A stretch of 64,000 bases of DNA from Macrostomum lignano (taxonomy: Eukaryota): NCBI GenBank assembly GCA_002269645.1, contig NIVC01000346.1, positions 237,081-301,080 of the forward strand, in the 5' to 3' direction. A model generated the notes under the pieces. It had not been told where the DNA came from. It did no database searches and was given only the letters and a program-made list of their open reading frames with translations. Below, piece after piece: positions 47,101 to 62,100 of this stretch. The number at the start of each line of letters is the position of its first letter. The stretch's first letter is position 1. Made by a program: the position numbers and the translations under genes.

Positions 47101-50100
47101 TTCCCGCGAACAGCAGTAGCAGCGGAGCCTCCCTTCAAGTTGGCTGGAAGCCGCCAGTCAAAATCAACGGTCCGCCGCCTCGGTACCGTCTGGAGCGCCT
47201 ACCCGCCGCTGCCGGTCTCGCCGAGTTGCCTACAACTGTCGGAGTGCGACTGGCCGGTTCTGGTTACTACAGATTTTCCGGCGACCTGCTGCCCTACAAT
47301 GTCGATTACTTTGGCCTCGATTTCGTCTTGCGAACGTCTGGAACGCCTCGCGGCCTGTTGCTGTGGTCGGCCGTACCAGATGGTTTGAACTAAACGTTTT
47401 TGTGCTTTGTATTGGCGCCTATGGCTTTCATTACCGTACGGCTTACTAAATCTGGCGACGATTTTGATTCCTCTTTTTAGGCCGTCAGTATCTAGCTGTC
47501 TATATAACACCGGACGGCAAACTGCACTTTCGATTTGCCCTGGAAGACTACGATTCTACTGGCGATGGAGATTGTTCGACAGCCAGTCTAGGTGCAAGCA
47601 GCCATGCAGGATCGATACAGCAGGGTCGTTGGCACCGAGTTTCTGTGCGAAGGTTCGGGCGTGACTCTGAGGTAACCGATTTTTTTAAATTAAAGAAGGC
47701 TCAATGCAATTTTACAATTGAAAAATATAATTGGCTGGTTGCTAAAACTAAAAAATGAGAGCAAAATTTTAATGGCGCGAAGTTGGTAAAACCAAAAGCT
47801 GGTGAAGTTGACGAACGGCCGAAAGAGCTGCCCTTTTATTTATTCAATGTTTCTCTCAACTCTTGTTGAGTATTTAACTTGCCAATATTACTGATTAGAC
47901 TCTCGTAATATTCGAATACTTGACTTATGGATTCTAGCTATGTAGCTGCTATGAGAACATCCCTTCCAAGTTCGGAGCATACGAAAGCACCTGCAAAGAA
48001 CTCATAAGCGAAATTAAAAGCCTCGTGAATTTGTTAAAAAAAGACTACATCGATGAAGTTTAACATCTGAGTCAACGTTAGATTTTCTAATTGATGTAAC
48101 CACGCTCTGGTCGCGGGATAGGGCATGGGAACTTTTTCGAAAGTGCCTCCTATCCCGTGTACCCTCTGCACAGAGCTGTCGAGACTCGGCCAGGTCTCTG
48201 CCCAGGCCTGGAGACTCCCGCTCTGCTGCCCCCCCTCCTACTGCTTTGGTCCCGTCTCCCCTGCCGCCACACCTGCCTTTCCGGGGCCCCCCTACCCCTT
48301 TCTGTACCTCCCCCTCTACCCTACCTCTTCTGTTTTCCGCCCTATTCTTCCTGTACTTTCCCTATCCCCCCCTCTTTTTGTCTCCCTCTGCACTCTTTTC
48401 CTGCGCTGCCCCCCCCTCTTTCTCTGTGTCTACTTACAGTATGTTGTGTGCTCACCGTCTCCCCATCCCCTCTCAAACTCCCAAACGGTGACGCAAGCCG
48501 TGTGACCCCCCTCCCCCTCGGTGACTCATCGATGACTCATCCCCCTCTCTTGCGCAACCTTTTCTCACGCCATTGTTCTCCTCCCCAAATTTCTCATGCG
48601 ACACCCACCCCACCTCCGCTTCTATTGTTCTCGTTTTTGCTTCTTTTGTTCTCTCGACCCCCACCAATTATCACATTTTCTCCGATTTTCTCTTTCTTTT
48701 GTTCTCGTTTTCGCACCTAATTATCACCTTTTCTCCAATGTTTACTTTTCCATTGTTCTCAGTTTTCCCCAATTATCCCCGATTTCCAATTCCTTTGTTC
48801 TCGACCCCAGCCCTATTGTTCTCAATGTTTGCTTGCGCAACACTTTCGCGACCACCCGCTGCGCCAATTATCCCCCCACCCCACCTCCGGATTGCGCAAT
48901 TTCCCTATTTCTCATGTTGCTATGCCGGTCTCATGCTTCTCATCATGACTCATTCTGACGTCATTCTGCCGGCAGCCAATCAGAGAGAGGGAGCCATGGT
49001 AAAGACCTCGAGGAGGCGGCTGTGAGGTCTATAAAAGGAAGCGATTTCGGCATGGGAATCGTCGTTCTTCGCGTTCTACGCTTCAACTTCTGCCCACCTT
49101 CGGGCTCCTAGTCTTTCTTTAGACTTGCCGTCAGACTGAGTTCTGACCCATTCATCTATTAGACGAATCCCTGCCGGTCCGCGGTCTGTTACCGTCAAGT
49201 TATCCTTAGCTCCCCAAGCGAGCTCGCCTATCGGCCAGCGGTCTGATACCGCCCAGCATCATCAGCATCGCCTGATCTACATCAGCGCCTCGTCGCTCCA
49301 GCGCATCGCCGCTTCACTGTCTGCCTGACTGCAGCCTACAGCCACCCTCGGTCACTCCGCCTCTCTCTCTCTCTCTGTGCAGCTGCCGGTAAGTTCCTGT
49401 TACTAATTTGTGCTCTAATTGCCTTTGCTTATCCTGGGGTTTGCCTATTTTCCATTGTCTGATTAGAGAGCTGAGCCAATTGTGATACCGTATCTTTTGC
49501 TGTATTTTTACTCAATAGTGAAGCCGCCTAATTGCCTGATTATTCGCCTAAGGGCCTAATTATTAACTATTAACTAACTTCATCATTATTCAATCTTTCA
49601 CCATCATTTAACTCATGGCTTGCTAAGCCTTTCTCTCGGGGTGGCAAAGCATGAGGGAGTTTGGGTAAGCTAATGGCCTCTCCCCGTGCAAAGCCCGCCT
49701 GTGAGTGCGTGCTGCGGGGCCGCGTGTGCGTGCAGTAGAGGGATTAGCGAGTCTTGGCACAGAATGGCAGTAGGAAGGTTGCAACCCTATGCTAACGCGT
49801 CCCTTCGCCCTGAGCAATCTAAACTGGAGACAGTACATGTTCGCCTCATACTACTCTTAGTAATCAAAGTCGCAAGTCAGCCTCGCTCACAGCCACAAAG
49901 GATCCCCTGCTGAGAAATCCTCCAGGATTGAGCCCAGAGTTCCCGATCATGCCCCAAGCAGAGTCCCTGTACTCGGCTGCATGCGTCTCCCCTGTTAGCC
50001 TAAATCCCCTGGTAACCAATCCAGGCGGGGCTCTAGCCTCGAGAGGTCTGGTAGAAAGATCCAGGTGCGCCAGGTCACATAGAGTGGTGGCAGCCACTCG

Positions 50101-53100
50101 GTCATACCATGACCGAGTGACCAACTATTGCACCTTGGCTACAGGTGGGGTCCATGTGGGTCCTTGGCCCTCTGGTCACGAAGCGCTACCAAAAGCTACT
50201 AATCATGTGGGCGGGACAGTCTGGTGCTGGAGGTCCGTCAGGTCGTTGCCCGGTCATAGGCAGCCTACGGTCATTGCCCCCTCTAGTCATGCGTTCGTCT
50301 CTCTACGGAGCGGACAGGCGACAAGGGCGGTTACATCATAATATAAAAAATTAGAATAGGGCTCACATTTTGCAAAGGTCACGCGACATCAGGGTCTCAG
50401 TCGTGGTAGTGTGGATTCCGGCACCTGTCCCAGTGGCTTGTTCGGGTTGGCTGGCTCTGTTGTTTCTGTTGCTCGCAGCTGAAAGGCAGACGAGCTGGCT
50501 TCACACACTGAATAAAACGCTTGTCGGCGTCCCGGGAATTTCGATGACGAAAGTCAGTTTGCAAACGCTCTAGTAAGCGAAACGGGTCTTTGTATTGAGC
50601 TTCTTTTTGTTTTTGTTGATATTTCTTAATCCTTAGACCTGTAGCTATCAAAAGTCGTTATTGCTATTAACTATAAATTATTTATTGAATGTCTAGAAAT
50701 GTTTAACTTTCTGTACAGGTGATCATCGACGGAGTAACCTTCAAAAGTAACTCCTCAGCACTGGGAACTTCCGAAAGCTGCACTCGGCGCTCTCTGATGG
50801 GCCTCAGCGCAGGTGTGTACATCGGCGGTCTACCGGACATTCGCGACGACAACCTCGAAGCTGAAGCAGCCTGGGCCGCGGCAAAAATCATTGAATCACA
50901 GGAGGGCCGTCGAAGCCTCATTGGCTGCCTTCGCGACGTTCGCATAGTGGTGGACATCCTCCCGGAACCGGTGACGCTTCGAATGGACTGGCGCCGCGCT
51001 TTAGTGCCAAACTACCTGGCGCAAGTGAGATCATTATAACCGAGCCTTTTTTAACTGATTTTATCAGCTGGGGTCTCAGTTGATTTATTTAATAAATCTC
51101 TAACTTAGATTTGGTACCTTCGCTACCACCAGGTTCCTGATATTCCCTTATGCGCCAGTGCTTAAGGTCAAATAATTATAAGACACGAATTTAAGGAAAT
51201 TTGTACGTTAAAAGAAATCTGGAACTCTGAAATCTTGAAGTCAATATATTATTTTCTATGTGCTAAGGTGAGGCTTTCTCTAGAGACGCAACTTCTCCTT
51301 GTGCCATTCTTACCTAGACTTACTACTGCGAGCGCATCACGGACTGCTTTCCCAGGAGTGAATTGCTTTCTACTTCTATAGAAACCTGCAACCTCCCAGC
51401 TGATGCTTCTCTAGACTAAAATTACTAATAGTAGTGTAAAAGCAAAACTGCTGTAATTAAGCTTTATACAGAACCAATGACAAATGAGTCCTACTCATTA
51501 ATCTTGTTCCTATTGCGTCGTAAATATGCTTATCTGAAAAATGGGTGTATTCTTCTTGAGGTCTTGTTACCGTTGCTAAGTTATTCAGAAATCCTGAGAT
51601 GATGCCATGGCTTGTACTGCTTTTTGGTGTTTTGGTAATCTTTAAGTTACGAAAAGCCAAAGAAGTCATTTTTAAGTAGGCCATCCCACAGCTAACTCTT
51701 AAGAATCATAACTTGGATTGAAGTGACGACCTCGTTGGCTATTGACTTTTAGTTTAAAATCTCTGGGCACTATATTTTATACCGCAATATATTATTTTGC
51801 AGCACTGGCAGGGCTGTCCTTCAGAAGCCTCCAATGGACTGACCGCCAGATTTCTTGGTCGCGGCTTTGCCGCCACGTCACCAGGCGCTCTCGCAGCCTC
51901 CTGTAGCGACGGCGGCTTCCGGTTCGGCCTCAGCTTCCGGACCACGCCGGCTACACAGGGAAATCCCAACGTCGCTGTGCTGGCGTTTGCGCACGGAACT
52001 GGTGACGCCTGGTCATCGGATCCAGCGGAGGCGCTGCTGCTGATGCTGGACTCCAGCGCCTCTGGGTCTCCACCACGTCTGCTGGTTCTGGCGCCAGGCC
52101 TGAGGACTGTCACCGCTGCAACCGTGGCAAGTCCCGACGGAAACTCGTCGGCATCGAGTCTGCTCTGCGATCAACTCTGGCATCGGATTGAGCTGGAGAT
52201 GACAGGAAATTATTCGACACCAACTTTCCAGATTCGCTTAGACGGAGTACCGTTGACTATGTTCACTGAAAGTGACAAAATAAACATTACAAAGCCTCTA
52301 GCCTCGCCGTGCAATCTGACTTCAGCGCTATTTCTGGGAGGCCTGCCCTCGCCAACAAGTAGCTTGTCGGCCTCGGAGGCTGCAAGTAGTCTACAGAAGA
52401 TTCTTGATCTAGAAGAGCTGCCAGAGCTGTGTGAGTTGCTTTTCTACTCTTTCAAACTGAATGCAAACGAATATAATGATGTGCAGACGTATCGTTTGAA
52501 CACTCGGGATATTTAAATAACCTAAATAACAAACTCAGTAAAAAATCAAATTAGCGCGCGGAAAAGTTAGAATGCTTTTTTGCCGTCGTTGGTAAAATAT
52601 GGAGTTTATTAGTTAGTTTAAAAAAAGATAAAAACCTCTATACGTTTTTATAAATACTTTATAATTGGAAAAGGTCTGATTAAAGTCAATAATCGATTTT
52701 TGTTAGAATTTCACTCCGAGCGCGTGCCTGTTGAAGCTAAAAAGAAAATTATATCTGCACTTTTTTCTCTTATATGAATTTATGTGCACAATGCACTACT
52801 AATAAGGGTTAGAGATTGTCACACGATCTACGTATCCAATCAATTCAATTGCAATGTTACGCTCTTATAACTTTTTTTCAGCATTTTCCGGTTGTCTAGC
52901 CAATGTCAGTTGCCGAGCAAATTTAGCGGAACCCGTCGTGACTGTTTCCTTCGACTCTGACGTCGTTGATTCACAAAACGTGAAGCTTGATGACAACTGT
53001 TCGCCTGCGCCAGCAGAGTTGACGCCCTGCTCACGTGGAAATGCATCGCTTTCCTCAGTCAGCAGTAGTAAACAAGGAGAAGAGACTGTTGGTACTGCTG

Positions 53101-56100
53101 AGTTAGTGTATGAGGGAAACAGAACTTCAGCTATTGACATTGGTCTGAGCACTTTTACGAATTATCTGTACAGAGTTGTGTCAGCCAATGACAAAGGAAC
53201 GGCTGAAAGTGATTGGATTCCCGGTCACACGGGCGAGGGTGGTGAGTAAAGCGACTATGAGCGTAATAAAATTGATTTTTGAAAGCAAAAGTCACATGTT
53301 AGATTGATTCCTAATCATTGTATCAACATCATTATAGAATATACATATATTCACGGAAATGCATTGTGTATTCTTCGGCTTGTACGAACCAACGCCCTCA
53401 GAGTGTGTACAGTAACAGACAAAGGGAAAGTCATGATATATATACCCCTGTGTTAGTTTTTGTGCTGAGCAACACCTAGTCTGTTTCCTATCGGTAGATT
53501 AACAACTTATTGATTCTCGAATACTTCGAATACAAAGGAGTCGAATACAGTTGACTGCTTAAATTCGAGTACTGAAGACATTTATCTTCCAGAAGGTTGA
53601 CTGCTAAATCTAGAACCTAGAACTAAACCTAACCCTAATCAAAAAACCCGAACCAGAAACTAAACGATAACCTAAATAATGTTATAGCTTAGCTAGTACG
53701 AAATATTTGTAAAGTGGTTTCACTTCCCCCCTCACGAGCAGTTCCTGATGACACCGTTGGACCAAACGGCGTCACTCCAGTTAACGGAACGAGCGAAACT
53801 GCCGACAGCACTTGGCGGTCTCTTCAAGTGACTTGGCCCGCCACCTTCAGCCGGCTTGGTCCAGTAATTGAATACCAAGTGCGCGCCTACCACCCGATAA
53901 ACGGAAGCCTGCTTGCTGAGCGCTCGATTGTTGCAGCGGACATTTTTGAAACAAAGTTTACGTCACTTCTGACTGGCTTAGCGCCCTTCAAACGTTATCG
54001 AGTTCGAGTCGCAGCTTGCACTCGAACTGGCTGCGGAGACGGCACTGACTACATCGACGCTGCAACTCTTCCTGCGGTGCCGACTGTGGCATCTCTACTG
54101 CCAATCTCTCCTTCGCTTTCCATTGGACCTACCTGGATATTGATTTCATGGACTCATCTGCCATCAGTGACAGCCGATGATCTCGAAGCTGCTGCCGAAG
54201 CACTTCCGGGGATGAATGGTCCGTTGGTTGCGTATCAGCTGATCCAGCTTCTGCCTCCGCCCGTAAGACACGTATATGAAGCTGCATTTTAGCACAGAAA
54301 ATGAAGCTGCCTCGAGGCAAAATGTGCCATAGAAAAAGTAAAATTTCACAAGAATAAAACGCATTAAAACAAACTAATACTGACGAGCGTCTTTTATTTG
54401 GACAAATTTAATGTCCATGGATTTTCATGCGGGCACACATTGTAGACATTTTTTTTATTTTCTTGACAGGTCACAGGGAATAGGAGGAATAAACAAAAAA
54501 CTTTTTCCGAGAAACCTCGTGCGATCGTGCTTTAAAGTAATAAGCAAGAACTGGTTTTTGGGATCATACTCTTCGTACACTGAATTTATCCGTTGACACA
54601 ACTGTGAACAAACACATTCGAATTTTGATTCAGTTTTAAGTGTATAAAATTTCTCACATAATATAAGAACTTTTGTAACAGACAAGTGCTAGAATTATAA
54701 GGTGTAAAGAATTGGCCTTTGTGGATATTTTTGTTACGAGCTGAATGTCACAGAAACATGCCTTTCCAATCCATCTGCGAAATCAATATCACACTACAGG
54801 ACGATCGACTTCTTTTATATTCCGGTCAGCAGAGGCAGTTCAATCACACCGGCTTGCAAGTGGCCACAGCATACTCCTATGCACTGTCTGTCTGCAACCA
54901 GCTCGGCTGCTCTCCGATTTCCGGCGACAGGGTCGCACAACTAGAAACGGCTCAGCTGCCTCCTGAGGGCATTGCTCCACCGCGGATCATGCCTCTCGGC
55001 GCCGATTCGGCCAGTATTGCCTGGCTTCCTCCAGCTAAACTCAATGGGAAACTTAGGGCCTATCAGTTAGTGATTACCAACGTCTCGGATTGCAGCAATC
55101 AGAGCAGCGATTTCACTACCTGGCTTGCGCACAGTGACTCTTCGGCTGAGGCCAGGAGTGTCGTAATTAATGATCTCGAGCCGGATACCGAATACTGCGT
55201 GACATTGAAGGTAGGATTTTAAAGAAGGGGTTCTTCATGCATAAAAGCTACAAACTCAAACTTAGTTTTGATTAGATTTTAAGCCTTGTTTTCCGTTTGA
55301 ATCACCCATGAAATAGCTTATATAGGATACTGTTCATGATCCTTTAGCATTTACGGATGTATCCGTGTGTCACACCCAGGTATGCTCTGGCGGAGGCTGC
55401 TCCGAAAGTGCACCAGTCGCTTTCAAAACTGCAGAGAGCTCACCTGAGCAATTACCTCCTCCTAAAGTTGTTTTTGTCAATGCTACATCATTTACGGTTG
55501 TCTGGAATCTGGCTGAGAAACCAAACGGTGAGGCTTTTATATGTTTAAAACATATCGTCGAGCTAACCAATTTTTTAAAAAGGCGATACTTTTCCTACTA
55601 AACACAGGCGAAATTCTATTCCATCGAGTGCTGATTAATGACGACGAAGTGGCCAATCAAACTGACCGGAGTCTGTCTATGACAGGCCTGTTGCCATGGC
55701 GCCTTGTTACCATTCAGGTGTTTCAGTGCAGCCTAGGAGGTTGTGGCGGCAGCCCGACAGTGTCGGTGCGAACTCTAGAGGCTGCACCAGTTGGCGATTT
55801 CCGACTGTCAGCTTTGACGCCAAACGAGGCCAGGTCAGCCCAGCTGTTCTGGACGAACCCGAATGCGCCTAACGGTTTGTTAAACTACACAGTATTTGCT
55901 TTGGGTTCGTTCTACACCGGCGGCACTGGTTTTAACTACTCTACTGTCCTTGAGATGCGACAGGTTGCGGTTACTCAGAGCTATGGACAGTGGATGCAGA
56001 TATCCGGTCTGCTGCCAATGTCTGTCTACTACTTTCATGTCAAAGCGGAGAATTCTGTTGGATCGTTAACTAGTAACACAGTGACAGTTGCTATGCCATC

Positions 56101-59100
56101 TGGTAGTAAGTTTTTCGACGCATGTTTGCTTGTGTATTCTTTGATGAAGCTAGAGACCTCCAAAACAATATTTCACCCGTTCAGGCCCAGACGGCGTCGA
56201 GCCTCCGAATCTGATTGTCATAAACGCGACATCAGTGCAAGCCACTTGGGGCGAAGTTGGGCGGGCGAATTCGGCTCAGCGAGTGAGCGTGACGCTCCAG
56301 ATTCAAAAAGGGGACGATGGAGAGTGGGATAGGTAGGAGTTTTAAGTTTTTAAACAGCAATACAAGCTTCAAAAGCAAGCAACGGATACATTCTGCGTAT
56401 ATTACTGCTCAAAAAAATTGTTTTGAATAAAAACGTTATCAGAGCATCCGACGCAGTGCCATCGGCTGAGTCTTCAACTACCAGTGCTCTGGTGTCGGAT
56501 CTGCTCCCAAATACGCAATATCGATTCCGAGCAGCTGCTCAGAGCCTCTTTGGAACTGGCTATTCGGTGCCGGTGACGGTTAAAATGCCGGAAGCAACCC
56601 CGGGTCCAGTGGGTGCTCCACAGATTGCCAACATTACTTCTGTCAGCGTTCTGTTGACTTGGACTCCGCCAAACAGACCGAACGGAAATATTGTGGCGTA
56701 TCGTTTGTTTATGAATGAAACTTTGATTGCAACGGTGAGTGAAAACTTTTAATCTCTTCTATTTATTTGTAAATGAATAATTAAAAAAATGCTAATGCAC
56801 TTCCGTCTTAATCAGCTGCCACCGATGAATCTGAGCTATCAGGCTGTCGGACTGTCACCATGGCAGCGCTATGTTTTTGCAGTTGTGGCATGCACCAGCG
56901 CAGGCTGCTCGCAGCATTCGTCAGCTCCAGTGATGAAGGCTCGAACTGCAGCAGCTCCAAGCGAAGGCATTCCTGCTCCAGAGGCGATCCCGCTTTCACC
57001 GACGTCTGTCAAATTGAGGCCTCGTCCTCCAAAACGACCAAACGGTCCTCTCATCGAGTATCGATTGTTTAGAAATAACGGAACAGGCCCAACTGAAAAT
57101 AAAACCGATGTTTTGGTCGGTGTCATCTCTGCGACTGACAGCATAGTAGAGTTGATTGACTCCAAAGGAATCAGGCCTTGGAGCAGCTTACGGTATCGCG
57201 TTCAGGTAGTCAATTCTGTCGGATTTTCTTTCGGTGCCTGGGCTGAAGTACGAACTTTGCCGGCAAGGCCAGAACCGCCATTGAAACCCGTGCCAACTGT
57301 TAATCCTGCATCGCCTAGAACTGCAGCGCTGGCTTGGAAACTAGATGTAAAATCTCGTTTAAACGGGCCATTTCAGCGGTTGGAGCTAAGAGTAGATACT
57401 ATGCGAACAATATTGCTCACGACTTCCAAGGCTGAGGCTTTTTCAGGCGGTGTAACCATCGTTGACGATCTGCGGCCGTGGTCCAACCACACGGCTAGCC
57501 TGAATCTTTGCAATACTGGAGGCGGCTGTGCAGAGAGTGACGTTTCAATGTTCTTCAGCCTTGCTGCCCCGCCCGCCGAGCCAGCACATGCGCCTACTGC
57601 GATCGCACTCCGTGCTGTTCCAGCAGCCATTGAAGTCGCATGGAAAGCTCCAGACTGGCCCAACGGTCCGCGACTTCGATACCGAATTCGTCGCTTAAGT
57701 GTGCCAGTCGACTTATGGAGCTATGAAAATCCTCGCAATAGAGGGGTCTGGAATAATGAATCCTACTTTGGATTCAATACCGAATTTAGAGATAATGATG
57801 TTCAGCCACTCGTAGTATACAGCTACAGTCTGGCTGTGCTTAATGATGCCGGCGCAACTGGATTCGGAGAGCCGTCTCGACCTGTTTTGCCTTGGAGTGG
57901 TGGTCCTCCAGATGCCGGGCCTATCATCTTTGCTGCACCAGCAGGACCTCAAGCAGTGCGCGTGAACCTCACGCTGCCCACGCTGCGACAGCTACGAGGC
58001 TTCCCTTCCAGATGTCGCGTTGAATTGACGAGTCCGGCGGCTTTCACGCGTGTTTTGGAAGTGCCCAATTGTGGGGCAAATAGGTGGACTGAGGTTTTTG
58101 TTCGAAACCTGTTTCCAGGCGTTGTTTATAGTGCGATTGTCAACCTGACAGTAGTGCCGGCTGGCTGGGTCCTGAGCAATTCAGCTAGTGTATTAACACT
58201 CGACTCTGGTGAGTTATTTGAAACAGTTATGTATATTCGCTTCTAAATTTAGTCACAAATAGTCGAATTTAAAAGTCATATGGTGTTAAAAATCTTCTTT
58301 GTTTATTCTTTTTATTTAGTTTCCGACACAATCAAGCCGCCCTACCATGTTAGTGTTCTGAATTTGACCGCGGTGCAGATCTACTTTACACCACCCGCCT
58401 CGTTCTCCACTAACAACTTTACAGTCGATTGGAAATATTCAGTTTTGGTGAACGACCGAAAGTTTTCGATTGATTTGGAGCCAAGTCCGTTGAATAGTAC
58501 GGGACTTTCGGCTCTCATAACATCCTTGATTCCAAATCAAGCAAACAAGGTGCAAATAGAAGCCTGCTGCAGTTATTATTGCGTTCTTAGCAACGCTACG
58601 CAAGTCGCTACATCTGAGGTTGCACCTAGGGGTCAAGGTCCGCCGGTGGTTAAGTCAGCTGGGAGTCGTTGGCTTCAACTTAGCTGGCCTGTGCCTAGAG
58701 AAACGGGAGGAGTAATCGATGTTTACCGTTTGTATCGCCGTTCGGCTCAGCATCCGTGCAGGAATGAGACCAGGTCTTCTGCCTACGCCACGTGCCAATA
58801 CACGAGATGTCCTATTGGCTGGCTAGCTTGCAAACTCGGCGCGTGCTACAAGCCAGAGGAGCAAGTCTGCTGCGGGGGAAAGTTACACACCATAACTGAC
58901 GGCTTTCAGTGCTGCCCCGGAGGTGGCTACCAGAGCGTGCCTAATGGAAGCGTCTGCTGTAGGGATGCAGAATTTCCCGACGCCTTCAATGTCGGATTGG
59001 GCAATGCCTGTTGCGGAGGACTTCCGTACTACAATGAAACAGATGGAGATCAAGTTTGCTGCGGTGGTAAGGAGACTCTTTTCTTCGCTTTTGGCGTCCT

Positions 59101-62100
59101 TCTATCGCTGCATATTGGAATTTTATCAGTAGTAACTATTAACATTCAAACACTATTCCAGGTCACTTGCACAGCAGTCGAAATCAGCAATGCTGCGGTG
59201 GTCAAATGGTCCCTAATGATCTAGTGTGCTGCGGCGACTCCATCGCTTATCAGCCACAGTCGAATATGTCTTGCTGCGGCGACCAGTATGTTCTATTAGC
59301 TGGAAGCGATAGTGAAACAGTTTGCTGTCAAGAAGGTAGCGAAGCTCAACTTTATACGCTTTCACGAGATGACTTTGACGGCGAGTCTGCATGGTCTTGT
59401 TGCGGCCTGCAGCTCGTCAAGGGTGCAGAAAGCTCAAACGGCTGCTGCGCTGGTCGAAAGTTCAATTCAAGCCTCGAGGTCTGCGCTTCATCTGACTGGT
59501 GTGGTTTTGGTGTTACCTGTCCCATTGGGTCAGACAAATCTACGGCTTGCGATGCCTGTGATTTTGTGTCTGGCAATGAGACATGTCATGCTGTACATGT
59601 ACGGTCGGACTCGACCGAGACTAGGCCTATCAATGCTAGAGAAACTCTTCACGAAGCAATTAAATACAAGTGCTTATCGGAGCCCCAGCTCGTGTACGAG
59701 GGTCGAAAGGCATCATTCAATGGTGAGAATTTCAATTAGAAACGATTCTTTTTGTGAATAGCTTTATTTGAATAAGGGTTCAAAAATGATTCTTTATATC
59801 CCTTCAAAGCAGTAAAAGTAAAATACCATTGAAAAATATTTTATGATCTTATATATTTCCAATCATACATGTATTTATAGATTGTCAATAATACTTCCCA
59901 AAAATTTGACTAATTCTAGACAGCCAGTTGAGTCCCAGCACCAGATACGCCTATGCTGTGGAAGCAGTAAACTCTGCTGGTGCTACCAACCAATCCTCGA
60001 AGACAATTGTGAGCACTTTTTCGGCTGCACCAAAGTTTGTAACGCCACCAGTTGCTGAACCAATCAGGCCAGATGCATTGAGCCTGACTTGGAGTCCACC
60101 CAGCAAACCCAACGGTCCAGTGAAGTCCTACCGAGTCGAACGGCGTCAGAAAATGGTGAACAAAACAGCCGACTCTTTGAATTTGTTCAGTGGGCTCGTC
60201 TTCAAGTTTGTTGACAGTCTTGCATTGGAGCCATTCAAAGTTTACGAGTACAGAATAATTGCATGCACCGATGGCGGGTGCACCGCTTCTGAATGGGTAA
60301 GTTTACTAAATGGTAACGAAGCGTAAAATCGTTTGTAGTCTATAAGCATTGCTACTTGCAAGAAAATGGTTTTATGAATGGTTGCAAAATGGAGTCGAAT
60401 TAACGTTTGGATCCGCGCAAAGTAATTAGTTTGTGGTTCATCAGGTTATCTGCGTCTTTGAACACCAGCCGCCAACCCGACGTTTTATACATGTACTTTC
60501 CTGATAATGAACAAAATTGTAAGTAAGACCATGGCACTCCTGTAAGATAGTGGGCCTAGGTCATGCGAGAACAAAGCAGTGACCATAACTGCTATATCTA
60601 AGAGTAATAGCATTGTCGGTGGCTGCGTATCGACTGTCGTTTTTATCAGCGCTGTGTTCGAAACCTCTCATATTTAAGATTATTTCACTAATTGCTTGCA
60701 TATAGTAGTGTTGAATCCATTGTTACATAAATAATAAATTACACCGGCAAGGGTTTTCACACGTCATGTCAAAAAGCCACTACAGTTAAACAATCTAAAA
60801 TAATATTCTAGATTGAAGCAGCAACTGCGGAATCGGTTCCAACAAGCATTGAGCCTCCCAGATTAACGGCCCTAGCAGTTGATGCGCTTTTGGCTCAGTG
60901 GCAACCGCCGGAGTATCCAAATGGACGCATTACGGAATACCAGTTACACGACGTCACAAACAAGCGTCAGATCTATTCGGGTCTGGAAACCATCTATCGA
61001 TACGGCGGATTACAGCAAGACACGTTATACGCATTCCTAGTTTCAGCTTGCACAAGACAAGGCTGCACCAACAGTACCAGCTGGCTAGCCACTGTTAGAA
61101 CACTCGAATCACCACCTGCTGGTTTGAAAGCTCCGGGAGTGGTCCTCACAGGGAGCAGCTCGGTATTGGTTTACTGGTCAGAGCCTATTGAAGGCGGTCG
61201 GCCCATCCGATATTCGATTGAACAGAAAGTCGACGGCGACGACCAATTCCGGTTAGTGGCTAGTGACCTTCCCGCTTGGCAGAGGAACGCGAGTTTTACG
61301 GATCTGCTGATCAATAAGCGCTACTGGTTCAGAGTAATTGCTCACGGAGTGAAAAACTTAACGAAACTTGTCGGTCCGTCCATCATGGTTCAAACACCTG
61401 CTCGCCAGCCACCTATTGCAAGCAACATTCAGGCGTGTGAGCCTCTGAACGATGGCAGTCTGCAAATCTCTTGGAATTTGCTGCCACTGGAGCTTGGCAT
61501 TGATCAGTACATTTTAACACTGATTAGTGAGTTTGGCGATTTAATACAAAAGCGCTATTTGCTTCGAGAGACTTTTGGCACGATCTCAAGTTCCGACGGC
61601 TTACGGCCAAACTGTCAATACAGTGTTGCAATGATTGTCTGCCAGAATATCAGCGAGTACAGTTGTCGAGCGGGCGGCTGGGTACTGACTCGCACCGTTG
61701 ATGGAACACCGTTTCAAATGCCAGGCCCACTCGTGTTCGCAGTGGATGCTTATGCAGTGCAAGTGCAGTGGCAAACAGCACAGCTTACCCGAAGCCAGCA
61801 AAACATTCGCACCTTTAAAATTGAGCGTCGCAAGCTGTACGATAATCCTGCTGCAGTTGCTGCCGAGTCTATCATCAAACTCGCTGGTCAAGTTGACGGC
61901 GGGCGTCGAAATTTTCTTGACTTCAGTCCTGACCTTACTCCCAACTCCGCTTTTGAGTACCGTCTCGTGGCTGTTAACAACTACGGCAGGACGGCAAGTA
62001 ACTGGATACAAGTAGTAACAGCTGATGATATTCCGCAGCACGTCCCGATGCCTATCGCAGAAGCTCTAGATCCATTTAGCCTGAATGTAACTTGGACGAA

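Noticed and set aside
48125-50354. Multiple Pro/Phe/Leu-rich ORFs
   Set aside because: Low-complexity frames inside the solo LTR, with no domains.
50520-50600. Hammerhead ribozyme (GATGACGAAA...CGCT-loop-AGCGAAAC)
   Set aside because: No CUGANGA core is positioned before the stem on either strand.
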